DNA of 56,382 nt, counting the filler, from Sphacelaria rigidula (taxonomy: Eukaryota), in assembly GCA_964200075.2 (NCBI GenBank). It is 5 parts of 5 records of this genome, joined end to end, with 100 filler letters (N's around TTAATTAATTAA, not from the genome) between each part and the next. Parts side by side here need not be neighbours in the genome. Positions count along the whole stretch, not along the records: positions 22,595 to 33,791 come from CAXNAA020005257.1; positions 33,892 to 45,087 come from CAXNAA020005258.1; 3 more parts are not named here. One strand, 5' to 3'. The notes under the pieces were generated by a model, which saw nothing but the letters and a program-made list of their open reading frames with translations, was not told where the DNA came from and made no database searches. Position numbers and translations under genes: made by a program. Numbering within the stretch: position 1 is the stretch's first letter; every line of letters begins with the position of its first letter. Below, in pieces: positions 25,527 through 38,150 of the stretch.

Positions 25527-25995
25527 GACGAATCATTCACGACCAAGAATCATCAAATCCACGATTTCTTCGGCCTGATTGTCTAAAAGGGAGAAAAAAA
25601 TTGACCGCTGGTCCAAGGGGTATCCACGCAACTTTTGCGCCATTCCACGTGTACCTGGGTTGCAACGCCGAAAATAGAGCCTAGGGATTGATTCGTACGA
25701 GTCGAATAAATGGCAATAAAATCAAGTAATTTCCAGACGAATCATTGATTTGTCCGACCCTTGGAATCATCGTCGGTTCGAATCACCGAATCCACGATTT
25801 TTCAGGCCTGACTGCTCGAAAAGAGAGGAAAAAGTTAACCGTTGGTCAAAGAGGTCTCCACGCAATTTTTGAGCCATACCACGCGTGCCTGAGTTGCGCG
25901 TACCTGGCTTGCAACGCTGAAAAAAAGCCCAAGGATAGATTCGTACGGTACGAATCAATTACACTGAAATCGAGTAATTTCCAGACGAATCATTA
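25527..25995. repeat. Two diverged tandem copies of a dispersed repeat
   Basis: gacgaatcatt...ccacgattt...gcaacg.cgaaaa...agtaatttccagacgaatcatt is duplicated; an inverted homologue lies at about 5065-5310. Confidence 0.7.
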
Positions 25996-27119
25996 ATTCG
26001 AACGCCCTTTGCAAACAATCAATCACTCAGGCTCACGATATCAACATCGGTATCAACATATCGTCTCAGGCTGAACGGTTGAAAGGTGCGCTTGACAAGT
26101 ATCAATCGCAATGTCATATACGTAGTATCCAATTCCGACCTCATTTCGTTCCCACAGAAAAAAGCGATCTCGTGTTGAGTAATCGAAATCTCAGCGTTCG
26201 ACCGTCTCTTACAGTGTTCAAGTTGTTGTAAACACCTGCAGACACCGCACTATTTTTGTCCATCAGTTTTTTCGGGGAGCCAAGCGAATGGGGGAAGCGG
26301 GCTAGACTCCTCTCGGTGGGGTGACGGAAAGTGTCCAAGAACTCAATATGGCGATTTTCCCTGTTTGAGGCCCAGAAACCGTGTCAAGAGTACAATTTTT
26401 CCCATCTAAAACATCAAAACATTGAGAACGATCAGAGCCTTACTACGACAGATATAATGGAAACCGCGACGAGGCTCCCCGAGCTTTTCATGCGCATCAT
26501 CGGCGAAAATGGACCAGGCCGAAACCGGAAATAAATAGTAAAATAGCAGTTTCGGGTCTAAATTCGACCCCGTAGTAACCGTTTCAACGGAGTTTTTTTG
26601 TCCGTTATATTCCTGAGCTGGTGGTGGTTACACCGACTTGAAGCATGTGGAAATTGAGTAAAGATTGAGCTTGGAATTCGTATTTTCGATTTCAGAACAA
26701 TTTGAAGCGCGCTGATTGGTCGAGGTATCATTTTGCTCTTAGCGCCACCACTATGGCGTTTGAACGCGACGGTAAGTCACCTATGGAATAGGCATCAGTT
26801 TCACGTGAAAAAAATATTTGTGAGCCAGATGGACTACCCTTATCGCATCGTGGTCTATAGGTTCAACACAAATCCGGCGATGTCACTCTCTTCAGCTGCG
26901 CTGGGCGATCAGCATAATATCATGTGCGCGACTTTTGGGTAGCCACAGCGAAAGGCATGATGACGCAATTTGGGGTGATGAGCGTGAACCAACCAGCCCA
27001 TAGGATAAATATGACGTTTTTTTCAACCATGGCTTTTCGACGACAAACTTGTCTCAAAACTTGAATCTTCACTACGCATACTGCTTCATCCTCGAAACTT
27101 ACACCTCATCATTACGATA

Positions 27120-27335
27120 TTAACCCTTAGGCAGCGAGAGTAGGTCATCTGTTGAATCGGCATCTATTTCACTGGGAAAAAGTATGCATGATCCAGATAG
27201 ACCAACTACCCCCGCGGTGTAAGGGTTAACCCTTAGACTGCGAGGGTAGTCCGTCTGGATCGTGCATACCCTTTCCAAGTGAAATTGATGCCAACTCAAC
27301 GGATGATCGATCTACTGTCGCCGTCCAAGGCTCAA
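27120..27335. mobile_element. Two family-B piggyBac-type MITEs in inverted orientation sharing TTAA 27226-27229
   Basis: TTAA-CCCTTAG...TAAGGG-TTAA-CCCTTAG...CAAGGC-TCAA. A further degenerate copy lies at about 26757-26866. Confidence 0.85.
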
Positions 27336-27400
27336 GCCTCCGTGAGAATGAAGACACGAGTGATTGCTTTCTACACAATTTAAAAACAAAAAAATCTCAC

Positions 27401-27496
27401 CCAATAGCACGGCGGCTTCCTTCCCGCCATCCCTTCCTGCACGTCCCTCCGCTTCCACGATGTTCGCCCTTAAAATATCTTCCTCTGGAGAGGCTG
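27401..27496 (-). CDS. TPR protein, exon D
   Basis: tctcAG(cAG) acceptor and GTGAGA donor; phase 1/1. Reads ASPEEDILRANIVEAEGRAGRDGGKEAAVLL. Confidence 0.78.
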
Positions 27497-27567
27497 CTGA
27501 GACGAGCGAGTATAAACACACACACACAAATGATATATTGATGACATGAGATCATACGGGTTTTTTC

Positions 27568-27723
27568 CAGGGCTATACACGTGAACGTAACGTTGTATTT
27601 TTTTACGTGATGGAAGTAACGTGAAAGTAACGTCAACTTTTCAAATGTGACCTTGACGTAACGCTATATATTTTTTACGTGACATATGCTACGTAACGTG
27701 AACGTGTAACGTGTATATCCCAT
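27568..27723. mobile_element. hAT-like MITE with ACGTAACG subterminal repeats
   Basis: CAGGGCTATACACGT / ACGTGTATATCCC termini. No TSD recognised. Confidence 0.6.
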
Positions 27724-27786
27724 AGTGACTCCCCTGCTACGAGTCAGTGCCGTAGGCACGATAGATGGACGATACCCAAAATATTG

Positions 27787-27960
27787 CACACCCTGGACAA
27801 TATATGATCAATAGATGCAATAGATAAGAAGTGTACTGCACAAAGTACAGGCCTATTGCAACTATTGCCGGCCGACAATAGCCGCGATAGGCCTATACTT
27901 TATGCAGTACATTTCTTGTCTGTTGCAACTATTCACCACATATATTTTGCCCTAGGTGTG
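27787..27960. mobile_element. CACACCC-TIR MITE with 8-bp TSD
   Basis: Near-complete hairpin; flanks aaatattg / aaattttg (7 of 8 match). Confidence 0.85.
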
Positions 27961-28236
27961 AAATTTTGACAAAAAAGAAGAGGAAGAGAAAGTTCAAACA
28001 CTTGAAACACAAAACACGCACCTACCCCGAAGAAAAAAAGAGAAGAGGAAACAAGGGAATAAACAAACGAAACAACAAAAAACAAAAAACAAGCAAAAAA
28101 GAGTGATGGGAGATATGAAGGAGGAAAAAAGAAAAAACAGTTCAAACAAAATGAAAAAAAAAAAAAACGAAAACGGGTTGATTCGTATTCCATGCAAGTC
28201 AATCAAACAAATGTGCGACAATTCAAGCAAACATCT

Positions 28237-28348
28237 TCGACCCTTATGGACTGCGATGCGGGTAATCCATCTGGACCACGCACAATTTTTTTCAAGTGAA
28301 ATTTACGCCGATTCAGCAGGTGACCTACCCTCGCGATCAAAGCGTTGA
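28237..28348 (-). mobile_element. piggyBac-type MITE, family B (degenerate ends)
   Basis: Reverse-complement match to 14321-14429. Confidence 0.75.
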
Positions 28349-28716
28349 AGCAATCAATTGAATCAATCAAAAGCCATATGATTCACATCTACATGCTATG
28401 TTCATTTAACCTGAATCCCCAAGCACCAAAATTCGCTCTCTAAAAACCCCACACGTTTCGGAACGGTCCCAGCATCACTCGCCCTCTGACATCAAAATGA
28501 TTTGTCACTTGAAGAACGAAAAACTGACGAACATCGATACGTATGAGTATCTTTAGCCTCTTCGAATAGTTACAACATTTCAGATGTGATCGGGGTCGGA
28601 TACCGCGGGTTTGATACCACCACCCTCCTACTTCTAGACATCCAACAGTGTGTTGTGTAGGGTATTCATCGTACCTTTGGGGATTTTGAAAAGTTGTAGT
28701 CTAAGACCGACTCTTG

Positions 28717-29170
28717 TGGGAGCCGTTCAAAATTCCCGTTCAATACTGCCTTTTTGGCCCTTCTCCGTCGTTTTACGCCTGAAAAAAGGGCTGGGCGGGT
28801 GTTGGAGCCTCAGATTGACTTGCTCTACTCATTGACACCATTCCAGCGCAACTTAGAATTTCCCGCTGGCCAAACTTATATTTTTGGCCAAACACGGATT
28901 TTCAACAAAAAACGGTCAAGCGATTCAAAAACAGGGGGAAATTTTGATCACCAGACTGTCTTCCACTGAAAATCCGTGTTTGACCTGATTTGACCAAAAA
29001 CAAAAGTGCGGCCAGCGGGAAATGCAACGTTGCCCTATTAAAAGAACAATCTCCACGAGTAGAGCAAGTCATCCCAAGGCGTCAGCATCCGCCTAGCCCT
29101 TTCTTCGGGCGTAAATTGACGGAGAAGGGCCCAAAAGCCAGTTTTCGACAGGAACTTTGAACGGCTCCCA
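28717..29170. mobile_element. Foldback MITE with TGGGAGCCGTTCAAA TIR
   Basis: Long imperfect inverted arms with exact terminal 15-mers. Confidence 0.8.
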
Positions 29171-29562
29171 TTAGAGTTGCGTAAGCACCCAAAAATTGGG
29201 TACAATATTGAAATCGTACTCAACAGTACCCAGATATTGGGCAGAGTAATGCGGTCGTACCTAACTCTAGACAATATTTGAGTAGAGTTTGGAGATCGGG
29301 CCATCGCAACACAAAATTCGGGCAGTACTTGGATATTTACCCGACCCAGCATATCCTTATAGATATCCAATTAATCAAATTCCCACGGCATTGGCAGTGC
29401 CAGTACACCAGGGTATGGTACCTGTGGCATCTGATGCGGGACACACACATCAAGCCAATCTGTTGCCACAAACTTCGGTACCACAAACTGAAATCATTAG
29501 TAAGATATCAATCAGTCACATCCCAAAGTATCGTACTGGGGATAAAAAAAAAAAGTACTCAC

Positions 29563-29632
29563 TTTGTGAGGGAGGGGGGTCGTATGGGCCCTTCACGGAC
29601 GCTTGTCTCGTGGGCCATCCTGGTGGCACCAG
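29563..29632 (-). CDS. TPR protein, exon C (Pro-rich linker)
   Basis: atccAG acceptor and GTGAGT donor; phase 0/1. Reads LVPPGWPTRQASVKGPYDPPPSQ. Confidence 0.75.
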
Positions 29633-30393
29633 CTGGATACGCACCCGTCATGTCGAGACGAGCAATCCAAGACAAGAAGAAGCAAAAAAGAGAAGAAAAA
29701 GAAAAAGAAAAAGAAAAAAAGGAAAAGGAAAAGGAAAAGGAAAAGGAAAAGGAAAAAAATAAACACATGATTGGGAAAGACCGCGGAGGAATGGGCAGAC
29801 AAGAAATAGCGAGAGAGAGCGCAACACAGAGGGACGAAAAAAAACATCATGGTGATTTTTTTATTTCCTTATACAATACATGTCGATTCCGATACAAACT
29901 ACGAGCAATAAACAATTCCAACCTTGAACAGTTCATGCACTACGAACAAATAACCATCAATAATCGAAGAGGACTCTCAGATCCAGAATGGAAAAAAGGG
30001 TTCAAATGAGCTAGCTCACGATCCGGATCAGCACGCTAAGAGGAAGAAATATTGAAATATTCAGATGGCTCATGCGCTGTCCGAAGTGTGAAAAACTTAC
30101 AGAGCCCACATTACAATCGTAGACGCAACACACACGGGCCGTGGAGCACCACGGTCGATGTGTGCGTGTGTGTGTGTAAAAACGACTTAAAGCTTGACAA
30201 TGCAAGCTGGTAGATTGAATATTATTATACTGACTCTAAAATCAATGCCGATCACTACATCAGCGATATGTACAAAGTCTTGTAGGACGTCATGTACTTT
30301 CGGGTGGGACACTGCCTTGTGAACCAAACTATCGATATGCCTATAATTCATCTTACCTCCCCTCAAAACAAACACATGCACGAAAAAATATAC

Positions 30394-30445
30394 CTTATCC
30401 AGTAGGTTCCTTGTCTCCTCCACCCGTTCGTCAAGCGGTCCATAC
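30394..30445 (-). CDS. TPR protein, exon B
   Basis: taccAG acceptor and GTATAT donor; phase 2/0. Reads YGPLDERVEETRNLLDK. Confidence 0.78.
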
Positions 30446-31679
30446 CTGGTAACGCCGCAAGCAGATATCAATCATCACCATCGACATAAAAAACGGAAAA
30501 AAAGACGGAACAGCACAGAGAACAGGGGCCAACACGGTTACGGACGTAGCAGGGGTGCTCGTAGGGGTATGGTGTGCTGCCGTGCTCCGTTGGTAATCTA
30601 GCTTTCAAGTGTATCGTCCCGGACCCGGATGTATTGTACGCCAACTGACACATGACAAAGCAATGGCCATCTTTCGATAATCTGAGACGCGCAAACCCCA
30701 ATGAACTGGTGCCCACCAACACTGCATCATATAGAAAGAGAGCAATATTCTGAGGCTCACGCCCCCCCCCCTCCTTCTCCCAATCAAGGGGTCAATGGTC
30801 TGATGACTGTGGCATGCATGATCATGAGTACAACCCCCTTCTCCCGAATATACTGATGCCAACCGCAACTAAAAATATTTAGAAACCATTTTTACATTTC
30901 CACTAGTAAAATATTTCGAGACTCATGGACCCCAATCAATTTAAAATTGATCAATTGAAGAATGGATGGTTGGGTGGTTGGTTTAAAATTATTATTTTGG
31001 ACAAGGGAAAGACAAAAAAATACACTTACTTTTGTCGACTGGCCCACTTATGTTTTTTTCGATTACATTTTTTTCACGTTGGAATCAGTACATATCGGGG
31101 TCTGCGAGTCTCAGATTCTCGAGACATAAAATGCCGTTTGTTTGGTTCCGTCACCATGTGCCCACCTCCAGCTGTACCCGAGAATTGGCAAATGAGGGTA
31201 TGACTGGCAAGCCTGTGTGTTGTTCTGTACGGCATGCCCGGAAGAGGACAATTTTTGGTTGGTACACTAAACCGTACTTGAATCGTTTTGGGACTCGTGA
31301 AAACAGTACAAACTCCCATATGGTGAGCTTTCGTCACCGGGAAAACGTCACTTCGAGTTCGGTGCAGGAATCTGTCACATTACTATACTTGAACTTAGAG
31401 TGGTGCACCGTTTTGGTGAGAGCTATATCATCAACAGCTGCAGAAAAACAACCATGTCTTGCCCAAGAAAACGTCAACTGTAAATCGTCACTTTTCCATC
31501 ACAGTTCCAAAAAAGGTTGAGTGTGTACAGAACAGTCCGGTGTATGGTTTGGCACGGCATCGATCCCTGTTCCGAACACTCTTGTATGATTTGGAGCAGT
31601 ACTTACCCATAAAACATCACCTCCAACACTCCTCTTTTTGTTTCATTTGTTTTATTTATTTGTTGCCCTTTGAACCTCT

Positions 31680-31975
31680 CCCCTTCCTCGGGAATGCGTC
31701 CGTGATCTTCAGGGATCGATCGAGCCATCTCTCCCCCGGTACACGCCTTGCATTTTGATCTCGCGGATTGGGTCATGACCATCAGCACTCCCGCACCTCA
31801 TCAAGTCACGTCAAACAAACTCAGTCAACTACTTTGGTTACTCACGTTCTCACGCTCTCCATGGTGGAAATCACACACTACAAAGGAAAAACCCAACGCA
31901 TCGGGAATCGAACCCTCGTTCTCTCCACCCTAATGACGATAGTTGGACCATTACTCCACCGGAGCGCGGCGGCGG
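31680..31975 (-). mobile_element. tRNA-derived SINE, family 2
   Basis: Head gctccggtggagtaatgg...gggttcgattccc (A/B boxes); body caatccgcga...aggcgtgtaccgg shared with other copies. Confidence 0.7.
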
Positions 31976-32069
31976 CTAGGTGCGAATACCCTATAAATGA
32001 CTTCAGCCTATATATCCTACAAAACACAACCTTCAGCTGTGAAGACACAGTTTTCGCAAAAAATGAGCT

Positions 32070-32980
32070 CGTCGCCCCCTTTGGTTCAGTTGGCAACAGG
32101 TTCAAAAGTCTCCTAAAGGTGAGGTTGTCAGTTCGATCCTCTGGATAAAAACGCACGAGCTGGATTCTTGATACCAATATGCCCCACACTACGGAATGGA
32201 AAGCGACTATTATCTTGAGTTAAAAAAAAAGAATGATTTTACGGTCGACGAGGGGAAGGGACGGCGGAAACCCTCTCGCCGGAGGACACGAAGGCAAGCA
32301 CCATACAAAAAAAGGCGCAACGTCGTGTTTTGTAGGGTACGTTTCCCTGTATATCCGGGGTACCTTCCATAGTATGATTCATACCTTACACTTCTGTGAG
32401 TTATGCAAGACTTTCATGCCCTTAGCCGATAGTTTTGTGAGTTCTCTAAGCCTTCTTACCTTTGCCGGAGGAGGCACGGGTATACTCTTGATGAGATGGT
32501 CGGTTGCCGGTACGGTTGTCTGTGCAACCTCCGTACCCTCACCGGACAGATTCTCTGAGTTCTATAAGCTTCCCATACCCTTACCCGATCGTTCTGTGTG
32601 TTATGTGCGGAATGTTCACCCGTATCCGGAGCGCGGGTATACCCTTGAAGAAATATCCGATTGCCGATACGGTTGTCCTGTAAACCTCCTATACCGTACC
32701 CGACCATTTCTGTAAGTTCCGTGAGACTCTCAAACCGATACCCGACAGTTCTGTATTTTGCAAGACTTTCATACCGGTACCCGATACTTCTGTAAGCTGT
32801 GTAAGGAGTATCATACTCTACAGAACATACCCGTACCCTACAGAACACAACCTTCCCTCGGTGGAGTGAGAAAAAAAAAATTCCTGTGTGACCTTGGTTC
32901 TGTGTGACCCCGAAGAGTACCCACTCAAGAACACCGGAAGGTGCAGAGGCGTCCGGAATGAAAGGGACACGAACACACGT
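32070..32980 (+). mobile_element. Family-1-related SINE split by a MITE (32321-32852)
   Basis: Body motifs ggtcgacgaggggaagggac and gtgtgacc...ggtgcagaggcgtccggaat lie on either side of an insert with TIRs gtgttytgtagggtacg and dense ccgtaccc repeats. Confidence 0.75.
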
Positions 32981-33023
32981 TTGTTATACCACGTTGACTG
33001 AATGTGCCACGCTCTGCACGCAC

Positions 33024-33163
33024 CTAGCCTCCTGAATGTGCAGACACTCCTTCAACAAATCTCCCGCTTCTCGGTCACGCCCTTTCCTCTGCTGGAGCAT
33101 CGCCTGCTTGATGATGGAGGGGGCAACCAATGCGTGTCCCCGTCCGTGGAACGCCTCCCGAAT
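33024..33163 (-). CDS. TPR protein, exon A (most upstream exon found)
   Basis: ccgcAG acceptor and GTGCGT donor; phase 0/2. Reads IREAFHGRGHALVAPSIIKQAMLQQRKGRDREAGDLLKECLHIQEAR|YGP. Confidence 0.85.
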
Positions 33164-33791
33164 CTGCGGTACAAACCGACGGATATGGGGAGAGGGAGGC
33201 TCTCACGATCATGCATGCAGTAGTCATATTGAGACCTTTGACCTTGCATCCCTGCAAAGCCGGGACGGAGCACGCCGGGTTTTCGCCGGACCGGGCTCGG
33301 AGTCGATCACTAAGCGCCAAGCGACGTGGTATGTTAGGCGAGTCGCATGAGGGGTAAGCTGCAGTCTGCAAAGATAGCGCGGCCCGAAGCGCACTAATTA
33401 TCTTGCACATGGATAACACTTCCAATAAATCGCTTTGTTTTCTGGTAGCGTTACTGCAACAGAAATGGGAGGGGATGAAACAAATATATTCGACAGGTGT
33501 GCACAACACAAACGCACGGTGCACCTTAAGAAAAAGTACTACACTACTGCTATTACTACTTTAAACACGAGAACTCATCACATTGGTGCTATCATTACAA
33601 CACAGCTACACTGCTGCCACAACTCCCACAAACAGCTCGATAACACAACACACTGGTGCTACTATTATACTATGATACTACTACATTGATGCCACAGCTC
33701 CTACTATCACCACTACTCTAGGGCCGAAGCTCTCAGGAGCAGGGCGGCGCGTGTACTGCGCCAAGTTGATAGGGGGTTTTAGTGGGAGCAT

Positions 33792-33891
33792 NNNNNNNNN
33801 NNNNNNNNNNNNNNNNNNNNNNNNNNNNNNNNNNNTTAATTAATTAANNNNNNNNNNNNNNNNNNNNNNNNNNNNNNNNNNNNNNNNNNNN
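33792..33891. other. Artificial linker
   Basis: 44N-TTAATTAATTAA-44N. Confidence 0.97.
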
Positions 33892-34396
33892 CCACCGCCC
33901 CCCCTCTCTCCCCCACCCCCACACCCACCAACAAAAAAAACTCCCCCCCCCCCCCCCCCCCCACCCCCCACCCCCAAACACTGGGGGGACAACTTCCAGG
34001 AGGACTTACGTGCACTAGAAGCCCTTTCACGTCAAGGAGCACAACGGAAACGGTTCGTCTTCAGTGTGGAGGTTAACTCCGCCCACGACCGGGTCACTGC
34101 GGCGCAGACAGGGTTCGAAGACACGTGGAAACAAACGAGAAGCGGGCCTCTGCCACATACGAGAGGCTCCTGCGTCGAGAGTCGCCAATCCGTGCGCTGG
34201 TACCGCTGACACAACGACAGAAACACCTCGCGAGGAATCCAGGATGGAAACGACCGAGAGAATGCGCCGCGATGTACCCCACTAGGGATGAACCCACTAG
34301 GGATGAACGGGGGGAGCTGGGCTGACACGGAAACTGATATGCCCTTTCCTCATTGGTTGCTGGTTGTCCCTGGTCGGCGGTATCATGGTGTTCCCT

Positions 34397-34397
<1 letters not shown>

Positions 34398-34454
<57 letters not shown>

Positions 34455-34462
34455 CGCGCGCG
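34398..34462. repeat. (TG)n(CG)n compound microsatellite
   Basis: Directly visible alternating purine-pyrimidine tract. Confidence 0.95.
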
Positions 34463-34580
34463 TTCGTAATCGCTCTGCTGTACGGTGCCCGTGGGTTTCA
34501 TCTCTTCTGTCGTCTTCTTTTTCTCTGCCCTATTTTCTCTCACCATCTATCCCAATGCACTTCGAAGACAAGAAGAGTAA

Positions 34581-35024
34581 AAACAGCCAATCATCGAACT
34601 TGAGGATGAAGCTTTTCATTTAGAATAAGAACCCGGAGGATCAAAATCTTTGTCCCCACAGCAAATCTTCGAAATATTGTTCCATTCGTTTACTACTGGT
34701 AGCTACTGACAAGTACTACACGCCATTTATATTGTGATTTCGACAACCGAAATGTTGGGGTCCGAGGTGAAGAACCAATTTGTGCAACATAGGTGATCCG
34801 ATCGTATCGCCGAAATGCCCCAAAATTCGTGTTTGACCTAGGACCCCAACATTTCGGTTATCGAAATTGAAATTTATATAACGTGTAGTATCTGTCGATA
34901 GCAACCAGCAGGTGAAGGAATGGAACCATGCTTTGAATATTTGCTGTGGATACGAGGATTTTAATCCTTCGGATTCTCATCCTCAATAAAAATCTCCATC
35001 CTCAATTTCGATGATCGGTTGTTT
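34581..35024. mobile_element. Foldback MITE, same family as 42288-42724
   Basis: Arms of about 200 bp including ccgaaatgttggggtcc / ggaccccaacatttcgg. Confidence 0.85.
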
Positions 35025-36742
35025 GAAGCAAGAGTTTCGCGATTCACGGTATGATGTGCGCAAAATAGAACAGCCTTGTTGCTGTGGGCTGATGCACATC
35101 TTTCGTCTTACTCAACGTAGCAGCCGCGGGAAGAGCCAGGAACCAGGATAGTGCGGAAGGACAAAGGGAAAGCCTGCGTAAAAGACCACAGGAAATCCGA
35201 GACGCCCGAAACGTCAAGAACATGTGGATAGTGTAAAGGTGTAAATCCGTGTCTTCTCGAGCCAGATGAGTCGATATCCTCAAAAGCTGTCCGCCCTTCA
35301 AGCCTTGTGGTTGATCGGTGTGATACCACCCCCCAAGAAGATCGACGAGCATCTGTCTACGCAAACTGATCTGAAGAGCTCATCTCGGAGTGTTCCGAAC
35401 CAGTGCCTCCGAACAGACTACCCTTTTGCTTAAAGAGGAATAAAAGCGTAGTAATCGGGGGGACGCATGCAACGGTGTGATACCCAACCCAACCTCATCA
35501 TCACCCATGAACCTGGATGTCCAGACGCCACCGGCTTGATCAAGAGGCAAGTCTAGCTGTCTATCAGATGAATACGCTACGCTCGGCTTCGGTCGAATCT
35601 GTGTGGAACTGAATGAAACACGATACCTTGCGTCAGACGCGCACCGAAAACACCTGCATATGGATTCAGTACCATCATATTTTCGGTTGCAAAATGACAC
35701 GAACGCGGCCGCCCCTTCCTTCAACATTGAATGGATTTCCGTCAAAGCCTCGTGTACAGAGAGGAGCACGGGCTAGAGGTGAAGTCGATGCGCGCGTGTG
35801 GTGTATGTGTGCGTGTCTTTTTAGACGCTCTGTGAGTAGGTGTTTTGTTTCCTTCTCCCGTCTTTCCTGCACTAGTGCGGAGATGTTGGATCAACGACCA
35901 CTGCCAGAACCACCGCATCCCTGCATCTGTCTGTAAATCCGGCTTGGATTCGGAGAAGGACCGACGATATAATTCGCCCCGGCTGTTGTGGGCACATATC
36001 TGTTCGCTAATTGACTCAGCAAACAGCTAACGTGGTGTGCATACCTCTGGATGAAACCGTTTTCTTTTCATATCCTAGATCCTTGATGACCTCCATGGCA
36101 CTATGCGCCAGGTGTCCTTCCTCCCAGAAGCAAAGCGACAGTGGTTGTTCGCCGCCCTTTACCCTGGCGTCGAAAACCTATCGGACACGTGACGCATTAC
36201 TCTTCACAAGCGTCGATAATTGTTCGTTTACGTACTCGTGTCGAGTCATTGAAGCTCGAGGCCCACACGGTTATCTCACTCGACAATTGATTCTCCGAAA
36301 ATATCAGCGAGAAAATCGATGTTGGACACTCGGTTCTTACAAACATCGACATATATATCTTCTAATATCCGATGCGCTGTCCTGATATTGACAACCGTCC
36401 ACCTATGTTTGTTCAGTCACTGACTTTGAGTTGACGTAGCTCGGGGCTCGCGACGACAAGCTTGATACCACGCTCCGAGTGGTTTAATTGGGCCCTGCCT
36501 CTTCGATGCTTCTTTCTGTGTCGCTCAGGAATAACGACAGTTGATTGATTGATTGGTTATCTCACATTAGCTTATTACAACAATCCAGCCCGTGGTCAGG
36601 AGCAACAAAAATAGAACAGAATAATAAAAAAATAAAAAATAAAGAAAGGAACAGGAAACGACAGAAGCAACGGCCTCAGAAAGGAAAGAAAGGGGGCAGC
36701 GATACAACAAAAAGCAACACCACCACCACCACCAACAGCAAG

Positions 36743-36840
<98 letters not shown>

Positions 36841-36872
36841 ACAACAACAACAAACAACAACAACAAACAACA
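36743..36872. repeat. (AAC)n microsatellite
   Basis: Directly visible. Confidence 0.97.
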
Positions 36873-36949
36873 AAATAACGACAAACACATACACAAACAC
36901 AAGCACGAACAGCAACAACAAAAATGATGATCGCGCACCACGTAGCTGA

Positions 36950-37520
36950 TTGCAGCACTCCAGCTCGTGATCAGAGAAAAAAAAAAAAAAAGGAGAAACA
37001 TAGAAAATAGAATATAACGCAAAAAAAGGAATACAATAGACAAGAAGATAGAGCCAGGCTCGTTCCGGCGGCGGCAGCGGGAGGGGGGGAGGGGCGGAGC
37101 ACAGACGAAACAAAAAACAGATAAAATAAAAAAAACACCAGGAACAAAAGATTAACAAAGCAGAGATGGGGTCTACTCTGCGTATCTGGCGTAGGCTATG
37201 ATGAGTTGCTGTTGGTACTGCCGGTCCCAGGTGCTGTCGATGCATCTTGGTCTGCAGCTTTCGCGTGCCGTATCGCTGCCTCTGCGTCATCCTTTTGGCA
37301 CCAGTCCGCCATAAACCTTCCTGCTCCCTGTTCAACCCAGCTGTGCCACTCTAATGCATTCAAGGCTCTGGTAGTCCACCCCTGCCATTCGATACCGAAC
37401 GCCTTCATGTCTTCCGCTAGGCAGCGGATCCAGTCCTTGTACCTGCCGTTAAACTCTCTTTCTTGCTCCTTCACGGCAATAATTTCACCGAACATGACGT
37501 GTTTCGGTATCCGACAATGA
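36950..37520 (-). mobile_element. 5'-truncated RTE-clade LINE (ORF C-terminus plus 3' UTR)
   Basis: RIPKHVMFGEI...GRYKDWIRCLAEDMKAFGI...W...A...W...V..G...F is the typical post-RT C-terminus of RTE elements; a pyrimidine-rich 3' UTR follows. Confidence 0.85.
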
Positions 37521-37789
37521 TATACATTCACTGAATTTCGAGTGATCGAACATCGGGGCCCTTAAGGCTCCGCTATACAACACTTGATTCTTCAACGTCA
37601 ACGAATATTCATTTATCCGACATTTCGCTCCTCACAAAAATCCACAATATCTTCCCCCCCCCCCCCCGATCCCCGAGAGTTGGCCCTGTGTAATGCACAC
37701 AAAATGTCAATTATAATCACTGAACTCGAGTCATCGAAGCTGCAGGCTCGCGAGGATATTTCTGATACCACTACCTGAACGATTTCCGA

Positions 37790-38150
37790 CGGATGTGTTG
37801 CTGTGTGTTATCATCCCATCTATTCCGGACGCCGGTCTACACCTTTCGGTATATGTGGGCGCACTAGCAGGGGTCACACAGGAGAAAGGCCAACACAGGA
37901 GCTTTTGCTTTTTTCATTTGTTTATAATGCCCCACCTTCCTTCTGCGGTGCTTGCCTCTTTTTTATCGCGAGAGGGGTTCAGCAGTCCCTTTCCCTCGTC
38001 GACCTTTAAGTCGAATTTTGTGTACCCACGACAAAGTCGCTCTCCACTGTTAGGCATGGTGTGAGAAAAAAAATCCAGATCGCTCCGAGGTTTGAACCCG
38101 CAGCCCAACCGTCAGAAGGTTTCGAGGTTACCAACTGAGTCACCAGAGTT
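37790..38150 (-). mobile_element. tRNA-derived SINE, family 1
   Basis: A box tgactcagttgg, B box ggttcaaacc and a CA-rich tail; full-length match to 43838-44190. Confidence 0.85.

Noticed and set aside
31676..31747. TPR-looking frame GERWLDRSLKI inside a TPR intron
   Set aside because: It is the body of a family-2 SINE, and exons A and B already join in phase.
33710..33791. Upstream TPR exon (RAALLLRASALE)
   Set aside because: No in-phase GT donor; it is followed by TAG and lies at the edge of the piece.
36545..37043. Poly-Asn/Cys/Val/Leu ORFs (likewise poly-Tyr 4398-4685, KE-rich 29278-30009, CV-rich 34288-34623)
   Set aside because: Translations of microsatellites or purine-rich tracts.
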